Positions 37,732 through 47,424 of a stretch of DNA of 56,985 bases are shown here, piece after piece. Source of the stretch: Candidatus Buchananbacteria bacterium RIFCSPHIGHO2_02_FULL_39_17 (GTDB lineage: Bacteria; Patescibacteriota; Patescibacteriia; Buchananbacterales; UBA6539); NCBI GenBank assembly GCA_001817425.1, contig MHII01000006.1:1-56985 (forward strand), given 5' to 3'. Numbering within the stretch: the stretch's first letter is position 1; every line of letters starts with the position of its first letter. The position numbers and the translations under genes are program-made. The notes under the pieces were generated by a model that saw only the letters and a program-made list of their open reading frames with translations, did not search any database and was not told the origin of the DNA.

Positions 37732-40149
37732 TTACCTTAATCGCGCGCCGAATTTTTTTTCCAAGCTGCTGACGACCTTTTCTACGACTGCCTCAACTTC
37801 CTCGACTTTTAAGGTCCGATCTGGCGCGCGAAAAGTCAGACGAAAGGCTAAACTCTTTTTATTTTCACCCAGAGCCGGACTAACAAAAGTGCTTAAATAT
37901 TCAACTTTTTCTAACAAAGGGTTACTTTGATTAACTAATTCACTGACCTCCTGCCAAGTAATTTTCTGATCAACCACGATCGCTAAATCACGATTGACAT
38001 CAGGAAATTCCGGCATTGGCACATAAATTTTTTGCTTATTAGCCAGTTTCACTAGAGTCGTGAAGTCAAAATCAAGACAAGCGACCGGAAAATCAAGATC
38101 AAATTTTTCTAAAACATCGCTGCGGATTAAACCGAACTGGCCCAAAAAATTATTTTCTTGATAAACATCAAGACCCTTGCCTTTTTCCCAAATTGGGCAA
38201 TTTTCATCAGTAATTTTGAACTGATAATTATTAATGCCAAATTTTTCCAAAAGTAATTCCGCGATACCCTTAACCGCCAAAAAATTATCTTTGCCCCCGC
38301 CAACGGCAGCCGTCAGCCGCAATAATTCTTTGGGCAGTTTATTGTTTTCCGTTAAATAAACATGACTTAATTCAAAAATTTTTAGGCGAGAAAAATTTTT
38401 TTGATTTATTTTGATATTAACTAAAATTTGGGGCAGTAACGTTAAACGCAGATACGCCATCTCTTCATTTAAAGGATTAGCAATTCTGACTGCTTTTTTT
38501 ACTGGAAAATCAAGATCAGTCAAAAGCTGAGCCGAAACCATGGAGTAGTTGTAGACCTCAGTAAAGCCCCAACCCACTAATAAATTTTTGGCTAATGATT
38601 CCCAAGCAAAAGACGAATCCTCAACTAAGCCTGGTAATTCGCCGCTTGGCAACGTCCGTGGCAATTCATCATAACCATAAATTCGGGCAATTTCTTCAAT
38701 AATATCGTGTTGGGCGGTAATATCATTGGCTCGCCACCAAGGCACTTCAAGGTTTAAAATCTTTTTGCCTTTGACTTTAAAGCCAAGCGATTCTAAAATT
38801 TTTCTGATTTTATCTTCCGGAATTTCAAGGGCCAAATACTGCTTAACATTTGCCAAATCAAAATTAATCTTTGTCGGCAACGCCGCTTTAGCGCCAAGGT
38901 CAATGAGAGATGAAGCGACTTCACCATCAGCCAATTTTTGGGTTAACTCAACAGCACGCAGTATCGCCAGCTTCGTGCTGAACGTTGACAAACCTTTTTC
39001 AAATAAATCAGAAGATTCCGAACGAAGATTTATGGCTCGGGTAGTTTTCCTCACCGTCAGTGGCTGAAAATTGGCTGATTCAAAAACAATGGTTTTAGTT
39101 TCAGCAGTCGTGGCTGAAAATTCACCGCCCATCACGCCAGCAATGGCCACGGGATTTTGCTGGTCAGCGATAATTAAATTATTCTCATTGAGATCATAAT
39201 TTTTGCCGTCCAAAGCCATAATTTTTTCACCATTTTTCGCCGGGCGAACAATGATTTTCTGACCATTTAATTTATCGTAATCAAAAACATGCAACGGCTG
39301 GCCCAGCTCAAGTAAAACGTAATTAGTAATGTCAACCAAATTATTAATTGGCCTCAACCCGGCCAAAATCAAACGCATTTGCAACCAAAGCGGCGATGGG
39401 CCAACTTTAACATTAGTCATCACCATGGCTTGATAACGCGGACATAATTTTGGCTCTTTGACTTCTACTTTTAATAACAAATTTTGCTTATTTTTTGTCA
39501 TCCCCGACCTGATCGGGGATCCAGCAGCCTGGATTCCCGCTTTCGCGGGAATGACAAGCGAGGGTTTTGGTTCGCGATATAAAAATTTCTTGCCAAAAAC
39601 CGCGGCGGCTTCCCGAGCCAAACCAACAACCGACATCGCATCCGGCCGATTGGAGGTCACCTCAATTTCCAACAAATAATCATTGAGTTTTAAAGCGTCA
39701 ACAATGGAAGTGCCCGGCGCCACGCTCGCATCAAAAAACATCACCTCATCTCGGTCTGATAAGCCTAATTCACTATTTAAACAAAACATACCTTCCGAAT
39801 TAACGCCGCGGATATTAGCCGCTTGAACCTCGATGCCAGTTGGCAATTTAACCGGCGCCACGGCTACCGGCAGTTGATCACCAACCACTACCTTAGCCAT
39901 TTGGCCAAAAATTAATTCCAGTGGTTTTCTTCGGCCAATATCCACTTTTGCCAGCGAAAGACGGTCAGCATTTGGATGTTTTTCAATTTCTAAAATTTTC
40001 CCCACGACCACGCCACCTAAGCCTTGTCCGATTAATTTAATTTTTTCCACGCTTTGGCTTTTTAATGAAAATTCTTTGGCAAAATCCGTCACCGATTGAT
40101 TCGTTTTAAAATATTCCCTCAGCCAATTGTAAGAAATTTTTAGATTCAT
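37732..40149 (-). CDS. pheT: phenylalanine-tRNA ligase beta subunit
   Basis: N-terminal tRNA-binding domain (HPNADRL), the B3/4 and B5 domains, and the FDX-ACB C-terminus. Confidence 0.95.
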   Translation of the reverse strand: MNLKISYNWLREYFKTNQSVTDFAKEFSLKSQSVEKIKLIGQGLGGVVVGKILEIEKHPNADRLSLAKVDIGRRKPLELIFGQMAKVVVGDQLPVAVAPVKLPTGIEVQAANIRGVNSEGMFCLNSELGLSDRDEVMFFDASVAPGTSIVDALKLNDYLLEIEVTSNRPDAMSVVGLAREAAAVFGKKFLYREPKPSLVIPAKAGIQAAGSPIRSGMTKNKQNLLLKVEVKEPKLCPRYQAMVMTNVKVGPSPLWLQMRLILAGLRPINNLVDITNYVLLELGQPLHVFDYDKLNGQKIIVRPAKNGEKIMALDGKNYDLNENNLIIADQQNPVAIAGVMGGEFSATTAETKTIVFESANFQPLTVRKTTRAINLRSESSDLFEKGLSTFSTKLAILRAVELTQKLADGEVASSLIDLGAKAALPTKINFDLANVKQYLALEIPEDKIRKILESLGFKVKGKKILNLEVPWWRANDITAQHDIIEEIARIYGYDELPRTLPSGELPGLVEDSSFAWESLAKNLLVGWGFTEVYNYSMVSAQLLTDLDFPVKKAVRIANPLNEEMAYLRLTLLPQILVNIKINQKNFSRLKIFELSHVYLTENNKLPKELLRLTAAVGGGKDNFLAVKGIAELLLEKFGINNYQFKITDENCPIWEKGKGLDVYQENNFLGQFGLIRSDVLEKFDLDFPVACLDFDFTTLVKLANKQKIYVPMPEFPDVNRDLAIVVDQKITWQEVSELVNQSNPLLEKVEYLSTFVSPALGENKKSLAFRLTFRAPDRTLKVEEVEAVVEKVVSSLEKKFGARLR
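39497..39555. repeat. REP-like double palindrome embedded in frame in pheT
   Basis: GTCATCCCCGACCTGATCGGGGATCC...GGATTCCCGCTTTCGCGGGAATGAC, translated as ...VIPAKAGIQAAGSPIRSGMT... Confidence 0.75.
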
Positions 40150-40175
40150 CTTTAGTTAGAATTAGGAATCAGAAA

Positions 40176-40340
40176 TTAAGAATTATGAATATTGTTATTC
40201 CCACGATACATAATACTAATATGACAATTATCACATTCCCAATAAATTCGCTTTCTGCCGTCACGATGTTGCCTAATAGAATCAACCTCTACTTTCTTGC
40301 CACAAGCCGGACAATTGATATTTTGGTTTTCAGTGATCAT
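40176..40340 (-). CDS. 54-aa zinc-ribbon protein between pheS and pheT
   Basis: The ATG lies 3 nt after the pheS stop. CPAC and CDNC pairs are present. Below the ORF-track cutoff. Confidence 0.45.
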   Translation of the reverse strand: MITENQNINCPACGKKVEVDSIRQHRDGRKRIYWECDNCHISIMYRGNNNIHNS

Positions 40341-40343
40341 AGC

Positions 40344-41375
40344 CTAGAATTGATTTAAAAATCTTAAATCGTTTTGGTAAAGCATCCTAATGTCTGGAAT
40401 GCTTAAACCGGCTTTCATTAGATAACATCTTTCCACGCCCCAACCGAAGGCAAAACCGGAATATTTTTTTGGATCAACTTTTCCGGCTTTTAAAACATTG
40501 GGGTGAATCATACCAGCGCCACCCAGTTCCAGCCAACCGGCTTTGCACATTTTACAACCCTGACCATCGCATAAACCACAAGAGACATCCACCTCAAAGC
40601 TCGGTTCAGTAAATTGAAAATGAGACGGCCGAATACGCGCCCGGCGGTTTGATCCAAAAAATTGTTTGACAAAATAATCAAGCGTGCCCTTTAAGTCAGC
40701 AATCGTCACTTGCTGATCAATCAAAAGTCCTTCAAACTGATGAAACATTGGCACATGCGAAATGTCAATTTGCCGGCGATAACATTTGGAAATATTAATC
40801 ATTCGTATCGGCAACTGCCCTTTTTCCATTTCCCTAACCTGCCCCGAGGAAGTATGAGGCGTCAAAATTCTCTGACCTTTTGGTCCAACCGGCTTTAGAT
40901 CAATAAAAAAAGTTTCCCATTCATCGCGGGCCGGATGATTGGGCGGCATATTTAATGATTCAAAAGCATACCACTCCCATTCCACTTCCGGATAACGGCG
41001 GCGGCTAAAACCGATTCGTTCAAAAATTTCAACAATTTCTTCAATGGCTTGAGTGACCAAATGCTTATGCCCTTCAGTTGGCTTAAGGCCCGGAACGGTG
41101 ACATCAAAAACTGCTGATTGACTGGCTTGATTTTTTAATAATTGAAAAACCTCTCTAATTTTTTGTGCCAACTCTTTTTTTAATTGATTAGCCAACACCC
41201 CAATTTCCTGCCGCTCGGTCACCGGCAAGTCCCTGAGTTGGCGCAAAATCTTGGTTAATTCGCCTGCCTTGCGACCCAAATATTTAATTTCAATTTTTTC
41301 CAAAGCAGTTAAATCAGAAATTTTCTCAATTTCATTAAAAAAATCATTTTTAAGTTGTTTAATTTTTTCCTTCAT
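40344..41375 (-). CDS. pheS: phenylalanine-tRNA ligase alpha subunit
   Basis: Motifs HPARDEWETFF, LTPHTSSGQVR, FEGL and GFAFGWGVERC. Confidence 0.96.
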   Translation of the reverse strand: MKEKIKQLKNDFFNEIEKISDLTALEKIEIKYLGRKAGELTKILRQLRDLPVTERQEIGVLANQLKKELAQKIREVFQLLKNQASQSAVFDVTVPGLKPTEGHKHLVTQAIEEIVEIFERIGFSRRRYPEVEWEWYAFESLNMPPNHPARDEWETFFIDLKPVGPKGQRILTPHTSSGQVREMEKGQLPIRMINISKCYRRQIDISHVPMFHQFEGLLIDQQVTIADLKGTLDYFVKQFFGSNRRARIRPSHFQFTEPSFEVDVSCGLCDGQGCKMCKAGWLELGGAGMIHPNVLKAGKVDPKKYSGFAFGWGVERCYLMKAGLSIPDIRMLYQNDLRFLNQF

Positions 41376-41760
41376 AAATCGTTTTTGGTTTTTGCAAAGA
41401 AATAAAGAAAAATTCTAAAGCAGTCAAAATGAGAATAAATAAAATTAAAACCCACCATCTTAAAAGTTTTTGACTTTTTAAAAAAGCCCAGCCGGTTAAG
41501 ATTAACGAGAAAAAAATGGCATGCCGAATTGAAGTCCGAACCCGCTGATACCAAAGCTGATTTTTTAAAATTTTTTTCTTCAGCCAATCGCTAATTAAAA
41601 AAATCAGCCCAGCCAAAGTAAAAAATAAGCTTAAATAAAAAAGTAAAAAAGTAAAAAAACTAATCTGGTTGGGGTCAAAATTAGCTAAAATGAATACCAA
41701 GTTAAATCCAGAAAATACAGTGCCTAAAATAATCAACAAAAAAAATATTTTTAAACTCAT
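41359..41760 (-). CDS. multi-pass membrane protein
   Basis: Hydrophobic ORF. The start is set at the ATG (MSLKIFF). Confidence 0.5.
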   Translation of the reverse strand: MSLKIFFLLIILGTVFSGFNLVFILANFDPNQISFFTFLLFYLSLFFTLAGLIFLISDWLKKKILKNQLWYQRVRTSIRHAIFFSLILTGWAFLKSQKLLRWWVLILFILILTALEFFFISLQKPKTIYEGKN

Positions 41761-41829
41761 AGACTTATTTATTATACCAAACAAATCTGCTCCTGACAAT
41801 CCAACTTAAACCAATAAAATCAAGAAAAT

Positions 41830-44800
41830 TTAAAGGTTGCTTAAATCCCGGTTAAAACAAGTGCAATCCGAGGCCTTGGCCGGCCAAGGATATTGATAGA
41901 TATCGTTAATAGTTTTGATAATTTTTTGTTTTAAAGAATTTAAGTCTTTCTCTGTCCCCAAAAAAGAATACTTTTTGTCTTCAGCCAAATAGTAATAAGA
42001 AAGTTTTTCAATTTTTTCTTTAAGATACATTTCCGCCGCCAATTGATAAATCAATAACTGTTCTTTATCCTCGGCTGATAACTCCCGGCCATTTTTTCCC
42101 TCGCCTGTCTTGTAGTCAATAATTTCAAGGCCATTATTGAGCGGATCAATCCGATCAATTTTACCGGTAATAAAATAATTTTGCGAATCTTTTTTGTCAG
42201 TAATCACTAAATTAAAAGGGGCTTCAAGATACTTCGGCTGAATTGGCGCTTTTTGATACTCTTGATAAAAAATTTTGAGCATTTTTTTGCCCTTGGCCTT
42301 ATATTCATCGTGGCGCTGACGCGTCTGATACCAATCATCAATCCAAATTTTTTCATAAATTGCGATTAGCTCATCAAAAGTCATTTTGGGCTTCTGATCT
42401 CTAATCTCTAATTTCTGATCTCTGATCTTATCACTGAATAGATCAATTTGCTTGATTTCTGACCGCTGTTTAATCTGAAGAAAAAACTGAAGCAAGGTAT
42501 TATGAATTGATGAACCAAAAGAAAAAATGTCTTTTCCTTTTTGGGGAATTTTTAAAATATATTCCAACCAATAGTGATAAGGACAATTTTTAAACGCGCT
42601 CAGTTGAGTGTAGGAAAATTTCTTGGGCAAAAGATAATTAATGTCTTCGGCGCTGATTTGTCGGTTGCTATTTTCCGTCGTTAATTGGCGAGGCCTTAAT
42701 TTTTTGTCAGCTGAAACAACGGCGGCTTGATCAAGCGGCAAACCAAAATTTTCTAGTTCCATTAAAAACCGGGATAATTTCTTTTTGCGCGCCCCGCCGT
42801 AATCCGCGGCGGAAGTAAAAAATAGTCCCCGCCGCGCTCGCGTCATAGCGACATAAAACAAACGGCGCTCTTCCTGGAGATGGATATCGCCTTGCGGTAA
42901 AATTTCTTTGATTAAAGCGTCAGGCAAACTAATTAAATCCGGCCGGTCATCGCTTGGAAACCGGCGATCAACCAAATTAACCAGCCAAACATACTTAAAT
43001 TCCAAGCCCTTGGCCGCATGGACGGTCATCACTTTAAGCGCCTCTGGCCCTTCATCTAAATTTTGAGTTAAGCTGCCGGTTTCACCGGCTTCCAGCTCAA
43101 AATTGATTAAGGCCAAAAAATTTTTGACATTTGGTTCAATGGTTTCTTTTTCAAACTCTTTAATTTTTTGGTAAAACTGGTTTAAATAGCTGGTTTGGGC
43201 AATCATGGCTAAATTTTGCTGGCCGGTTAAATAATTTAAATAGCCAGAATCTTCCAAAAAAGCCAACACGACCTCGCTCACATTTTTTTGTCGGGCAAGC
43301 TGACTGTGTTTTTCCACCCAACCGACAAATTTACGAATTTTTTCTTTCACTTCCGGTATTGATTGGTTAATCACTTCCGTTTGCGGTAAAGTGGCAAAAA
43401 GAGAATAACCCTTGCGCCGCGACCAATAATTAAGCTGGACGATGGTTTTGTCATCAAGACCGATGACTGGTGAATTTAAAATCCGATAAACCGCGCGGCT
43501 TTCATGGTAATCATCAAGCAAACGCAAATAAGCTAAAATATCCAAAATCACCGGCTTGGTGTAAAGCCCGCGGGAAGCCAAAAAGCGGTGGGGAATTTGG
43601 GTTTGGCTTAAAACTTGGGAAAACCAATTCGCCGCTTCATTCGTTCTCGCTAAAATGGCAAAATCATTCCAGCTCGCTTTTTCATCTTTACTTTTTAGTT
43701 CCGCGACTTGTTCCAAAACGCCGCGGATTTCCTCGTCGCCACTAATAAAATGATAATGCTTAATGCCGCCCTTTTCTGTTGTTTCTGCGATTAATTTTTT
43801 ACTTAAAATTTTTCCCGTCTCGTCTTTTTCTTTGGCTAACTTAACTTCCAAACGATGGGGATTATTTTGAGTAATGAATTGATAAGCTAAATCCAAAATA
43901 TTTTGGGTTGACCGGTAATTTTTGGTTAAAAATATTTCGGCTGATTTCGGATAGTCTTTTTTAAATTCCAAAATATTGGAAATAGAGGCGCCGCGAAATT
44001 TATAAATTGACTGGTCATCATCGCCCACCACCGTAATATTATTTTTCGGCGCGGCCAAAAGCTTCACCAGCTCATATTGGGCATAATTAGTGTCCTGAAA
44101 TTCATCAACCAAAATGTATTTAAACTTCTGGCGGTATTTGGCTAAAATTGCCGGCCGGTTCTGGAATAATTCCAGAGAATAATTGATTAAATCGCCAAAA
44201 TCCAAGGCATTATTTTCCAGCAACAACTGCTGATAGACGTGAAAGGCGTTAGCCACTTCTTCAGTTTTTTGAATTTCCTGGGCTAAAAACTCTTTTCTTT
44301 CTTTTTTCGTCAAGGCTTTAATCGTCTCGGGATCTAGAAAATTTTTGATAAAATCGCTTGAATCGGCATTTAATTTCAAATTTTTGGCATAGGCTAAATA
44401 ATCTTTTGGCGTCACTAATTCATCTTTGGCGCGGGAAAAGAGCTTAACTAAAGCGTGAATAAATTTGGTCGGATTACCAAGTGGCCGATAAAAATCTAAA
44501 TCAAACTTTTCTAAATTCTGCCGGACAATCAGCCACTGTTGGGTTTGGTCAAAAATTTTAAAATCATTAGGCAAGCCGATTTCTAAGGCGTGCTGTTTTA
44601 AAATTTTTTCGGCAAAAGAATGAAAAGTCAAAATCCACAAATCAGTGTAGCCGTAAGGTAAAACCAAATCCACCCGCTCTTCCATTTCCGCCGCGGCTTT
44701 GTCGGTAAAAGTCAAGGCTAAAATTTCATCCGGCTTGCATTTTTCCTGCTCAATCAGCCAGCCGATTCTTTGGGTAATAACTGTAGTTTTGCCCGTGCCA

Positions 44801-44889
44801 GCACCCGCCACGATTAAAAGCGGCCCCCCTTCGTGGACCACTGCTCTCTTTTGCTCTGGATTTAAATTTTTGATATTTAATTCTGGCAT
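41830..44889 (-). CDS. UvrD/PcrA-family SF1 helicase fused to a C-terminal PD-(D/E)XK (Cas4/AddB-like) nuclease
   Basis: Motifs AGAGTGKT, VDEFQDTN, TVHAAKGLEF and VAMTRAR. The C-terminus has IDRID...IIDYKTG and terminal Cys residues. Confidence 0.9.
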   Translation of the reverse strand: MPELNIKNLNPEQKRAVVHEGGPLLIVAGAGTGKTTVITQRIGWLIEQEKCKPDEILALTFTDKAAAEMEERVDLVLPYGYTDLWILTFHSFAEKILKQHALEIGLPNDFKIFDQTQQWLIVRQNLEKFDLDFYRPLGNPTKFIHALVKLFSRAKDELVTPKDYLAYAKNLKLNADSSDFIKNFLDPETIKALTKKERKEFLAQEIQKTEEVANAFHVYQQLLLENNALDFGDLINYSLELFQNRPAILAKYRQKFKYILVDEFQDTNYAQYELVKLLAAPKNNITVVGDDDQSIYKFRGASISNILEFKKDYPKSAEIFLTKNYRSTQNILDLAYQFITQNNPHRLEVKLAKEKDETGKILSKKLIAETTEKGGIKHYHFISGDEEIRGVLEQVAELKSKDEKASWNDFAILARTNEAANWFSQVLSQTQIPHRFLASRGLYTKPVILDILAYLRLLDDYHESRAVYRILNSPVIGLDDKTIVQLNYWSRRKGYSLFATLPQTEVINQSIPEVKEKIRKFVGWVEKHSQLARQKNVSEVVLAFLEDSGYLNYLTGQQNLAMIAQTSYLNQFYQKIKEFEKETIEPNVKNFLALINFELEAGETGSLTQNLDEGPEALKVMTVHAAKGLEFKYVWLVNLVDRRFPSDDRPDLISLPDALIKEILPQGDIHLQEERRLFYVAMTRARRGLFFTSAADYGGARKKKLSRFLMELENFGLPLDQAAVVSADKKLRPRQLTTENSNRQISAEDINYLLPKKFSYTQLSAFKNCPYHYWLEYILKIPQKGKDIFSFGSSIHNTLLQFFLQIKQRSEIKQIDLFSDKIRDQKLEIRDQKPKMTFDELIAIYEKIWIDDWYQTRQRHDEYKAKGKKMLKIFYQEYQKAPIQPKYLEAPFNLVITDKKDSQNYFITGKIDRIDPLNNGLEIIDYKTGEGKNGRELSAEDKEQLLIYQLAAEMYLKEKIEKLSYYYLAEDKKYSFLGTEKDLNSLKQKIIKTINDIYQYPWPAKASDCTCFNRDLSNL

Positions 44890-45136
44890 GAAACTTTTTT
44901 TCTTGCCCCGCACTAATTCCAAATATTAATTGGGTTTAAAAAAATGTAAGCCATAGGCGATTTCGCGCGAAATTAACAAAAAATAAAGTGGGGCTATTCG
45001 CGGAATTTAGTGCGTGGTGCTCGTCATTCAAACTTTTCAAATTCAATTCCATAGATATACTTTAGCATAAAAACATGATTAATTTAAGGGTTATTTTTAA
45101 CATTCGCATGTGCACATTCGTAGTGCGCTTTCGCAT

Positions 45137-45189
45137 ACAAAAAATCCGCTTTCGGTCTTCGTGAAAACAAAGAATTCCGAAAGCGGATT
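45137..45189 (-). terminator. intrinsic terminator of the fucose-isomerase-like gene
   Basis: AATCCGCTTTCGG / CCGAAAGCGGATT stem, followed by a T-run on the minus strand. Confidence 0.75.
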
Positions 45190-45209
45190 GGGAGTTGAAG
45201 TTTACCCTC

Positions 45210-46805
45210 CTAAGCGGCCAAAAGTTTTTGACCAGCTTCGCCTGCCACCCGGGTGGGAATTCCCAAATGCAGACAGGTGGCGATCAATTCCGGCAAAATA
45301 TCGCCGTAACCGATGGTAATGTGATTGCTCATATGAGTTGCCATCAGCTGATCTCGGTCATAGCCCGGAATATGGACATTGGCAATCGGCCAAACATTTG
45401 TTGTCTGATCCAGCCGATTTTTGACCTCGATGTCGGGCATCTCTATGACTTCACCGATGCCGCAATCCATGCCGATTTGACCAAAACTCTCATAGAAACG
45501 CGCCCAAGTAATGGTGCCGGGTTTAGAAACCCCAGAACAAGTACCGCCGCCCTTAGGAAAATACATCTTGGGCTGGCGATAAATCTTGGTTTTCTCCCAG
45601 CCGCCGAAATGAGCTGGTGGCGCTGCGCCGGAAATCTCAAAAACCCAGACGAATCGGCCGTCATAATCCTTGCCGTACCGAACATCATGAAGCGTGGTTT
45701 CTGTCGGCATACCCTTGAGCTTATAAATATCATGCATTAGGATTTGCGGCACGCCAGAGCCAACATCACCCTCGTTAAAGTGAGGAACCGCTTGATTAAG
45801 TCGAATGGCTCTACCGGTTTCCGGATCCACGATAATTGGCCGATCTTCGTTGTTCAACATTCCTTCAACTAAATCTGACGCCGGGACACATCGTACCAAA
45901 CCAAGCTGGTATGGAATGCCAATCGCAGCTAAACCATAACGTTGAACAAACCGTCCGGCCGCCGAATACATCTTCATTTGAGACATCACCATCGCTTCTG
46001 TTAACTGTTCATCGGGATTATTGCCCCAATCAAACCAAACATTATTACCTTTCAACCAGTCGAAGTGCCCGGTGGCCTCTTCGTCACTGACCAGCTCCAT
46101 CTCGGCTAAAAGGTCAGACTGATTCAGTAATTCAAGGGGCATACCAATGCCTGCCAAATTGCCAAGATCCATGACCGCGTTCAACATACCCATACAGCCA
46201 GGATCCAATTGGCCGAGAATACGCTTGTAGCGCAAAATATCAACGGCCAGCTTTTCACCAAAATGATCAGCCGCTCTTGATAAAGTCAGATCTCTTCCGT
46301 CAATGAGATGGTCTTTTTTATAGCTGATTGAGCCAGCGGTAACCCAGTGGCTAAGCCGCTTCATGAAAATCGGATCATCACCAAAATTCTTGCTCCACAA
46401 CCGGGAATACTTAACTCCCAGCCGGTCCAAAGTGCCAGCGTGGTTAAGTAAGGCCACCAGCCCGGGCCAAGTCCCGTCGAAATTCGCGATGAGCACAATC
46501 GGACCACGGTGGGTCTTAAGGCAAGTGCAAACATGATGAGCATACGCCCAGCAACTAAGCACAATCACGACTGGCGCTTCAGGAGGTATCTGGGCAAAAA
46601 TTGCCGCACCTTCACATTGCTTGGTGACAAAACCGTGTTTGCGGTCCGGATTGAATTCCGGCAAAACTTTGGTTTTAACACTAAGCTTCTTAAAAGCGGC
46701 TTGGACCGCCCGTAAAGTTTCTTGATGCTTTGGCCAGCAAACCACACCAGCTGAGTCTCGAAAATCACCGTTTGACACCAAATAAACCGTTTTCTTGTTT
46801 CCCAT
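45210..46805 (-). CDS. L-fucose/L-arabinose isomerase family-like protein (specificity unknown)
   Basis: 531 aa. The overall pattern and the C-terminal ...ATHMSNHITIGYGD... resemble FucI-type isomerases. GC-rich. SD GGAG. Confidence 0.5.
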   Translation of the reverse strand: MGNKKTVYLVSNGDFRDSAGVVCWPKHQETLRAVQAAFKKLSVKTKVLPEFNPDRKHGFVTKQCEGAAIFAQIPPEAPVVIVLSCWAYAHHVCTCLKTHRGPIVLIANFDGTWPGLVALLNHAGTLDRLGVKYSRLWSKNFGDDPIFMKRLSHWVTAGSISYKKDHLIDGRDLTLSRAADHFGEKLAVDILRYKRILGQLDPGCMGMLNAVMDLGNLAGIGMPLELLNQSDLLAEMELVSDEEATGHFDWLKGNNVWFDWGNNPDEQLTEAMVMSQMKMYSAAGRFVQRYGLAAIGIPYQLGLVRCVPASDLVEGMLNNEDRPIIVDPETGRAIRLNQAVPHFNEGDVGSGVPQILMHDIYKLKGMPTETTLHDVRYGKDYDGRFVWVFEISGAAPPAHFGGWEKTKIYRQPKMYFPKGGGTCSGVSKPGTITWARFYESFGQIGMDCGIGEVIEMPDIEVKNRLDQTTNVWPIANVHIPGYDRDQLMATHMSNHITIGYGDILPELIATCLHLGIPTRVAGEAGQKLLAA

Positions 46806-46854
46806 TCAAACTTTCTCCTTTCTGCCAAACCCAGTTTCTATAGATCCCTATATC

Positions 46855-46923
46855 AAAAATTGGAAAGGAACAGCCCCTCCAAAAACTACCCCCTATCTTA
46901 ACCAATCACTAATAAAAAGTCAA
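46855..46923 (-). promoter_or_regulatory. promoter plus conserved leader hairpin (copy 1)
   Basis: On the minus strand: TTGACT, 17 nt, TAAGAT, then the leader GTTTTTGGAGGGGCTGTTCCTTTCCAATTTTT. A paralogous copy lies at 49114-49177. Confidence 0.6.
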
Positions 46924-47108
46924 GGTTATTAATTTTTCTTATTATTTATCCTTGATTTATCATACTAATATATTAATATGTTAATATATTAATTTATTAA
47001 TATAAAAAAATAAATAAAAAACCCGCTCTGATATTTTCATACCAAAACGGGCAAAATTCAAATAACAAATCACCAACGCGAATAGCACCACCGAGCGGCA
47101 CGACGAGA

Positions 47109-47252
47109 CTAAGGCTCAAAGACGTTTATGCCTAAACGCGCGGCTTCGGCCTTATCTTGTGCCAAACGTCTCTGCCGGTTTCTTTTCTTGTGCGCCGAAG
47201 CCCGGAGCTGATTTGGCGTGCCCTGACTTTTTCGACCACGATTATTGTCCAT
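47109..47252 (-). CDS. 47-aa highly basic peptide
   Basis: SD AAGGAGGG lies 4 nt upstream of the ATG at 47252. The sequence is MDNNRGRKSQGTPNQLRASAHKKRNRQRRLAQDKAEAARLGINVFEP. Confidence 0.45.
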   Translation of the reverse strand: MDNNRGRKSQGTPNQLRASAHKKRNRQRRLAQDKAEAARLGINVFEP

Positions 47253-47424
47253 CTCGCCCTCCTTGTTTAGCTTGCCAAGCCGTGCAGCATCGGCAAAGCA
47301 TCCCGCTATTTCTCCGCGTCTTTTCACAGGCGCGGCTGCCAGGTTGATTATTGCATCTTTTGGGCTTGCCGGGAACGCGGCTCTGATGTTGTCCGTGTTT
47401 TCCACTCATGCCATCATCTCTCCT

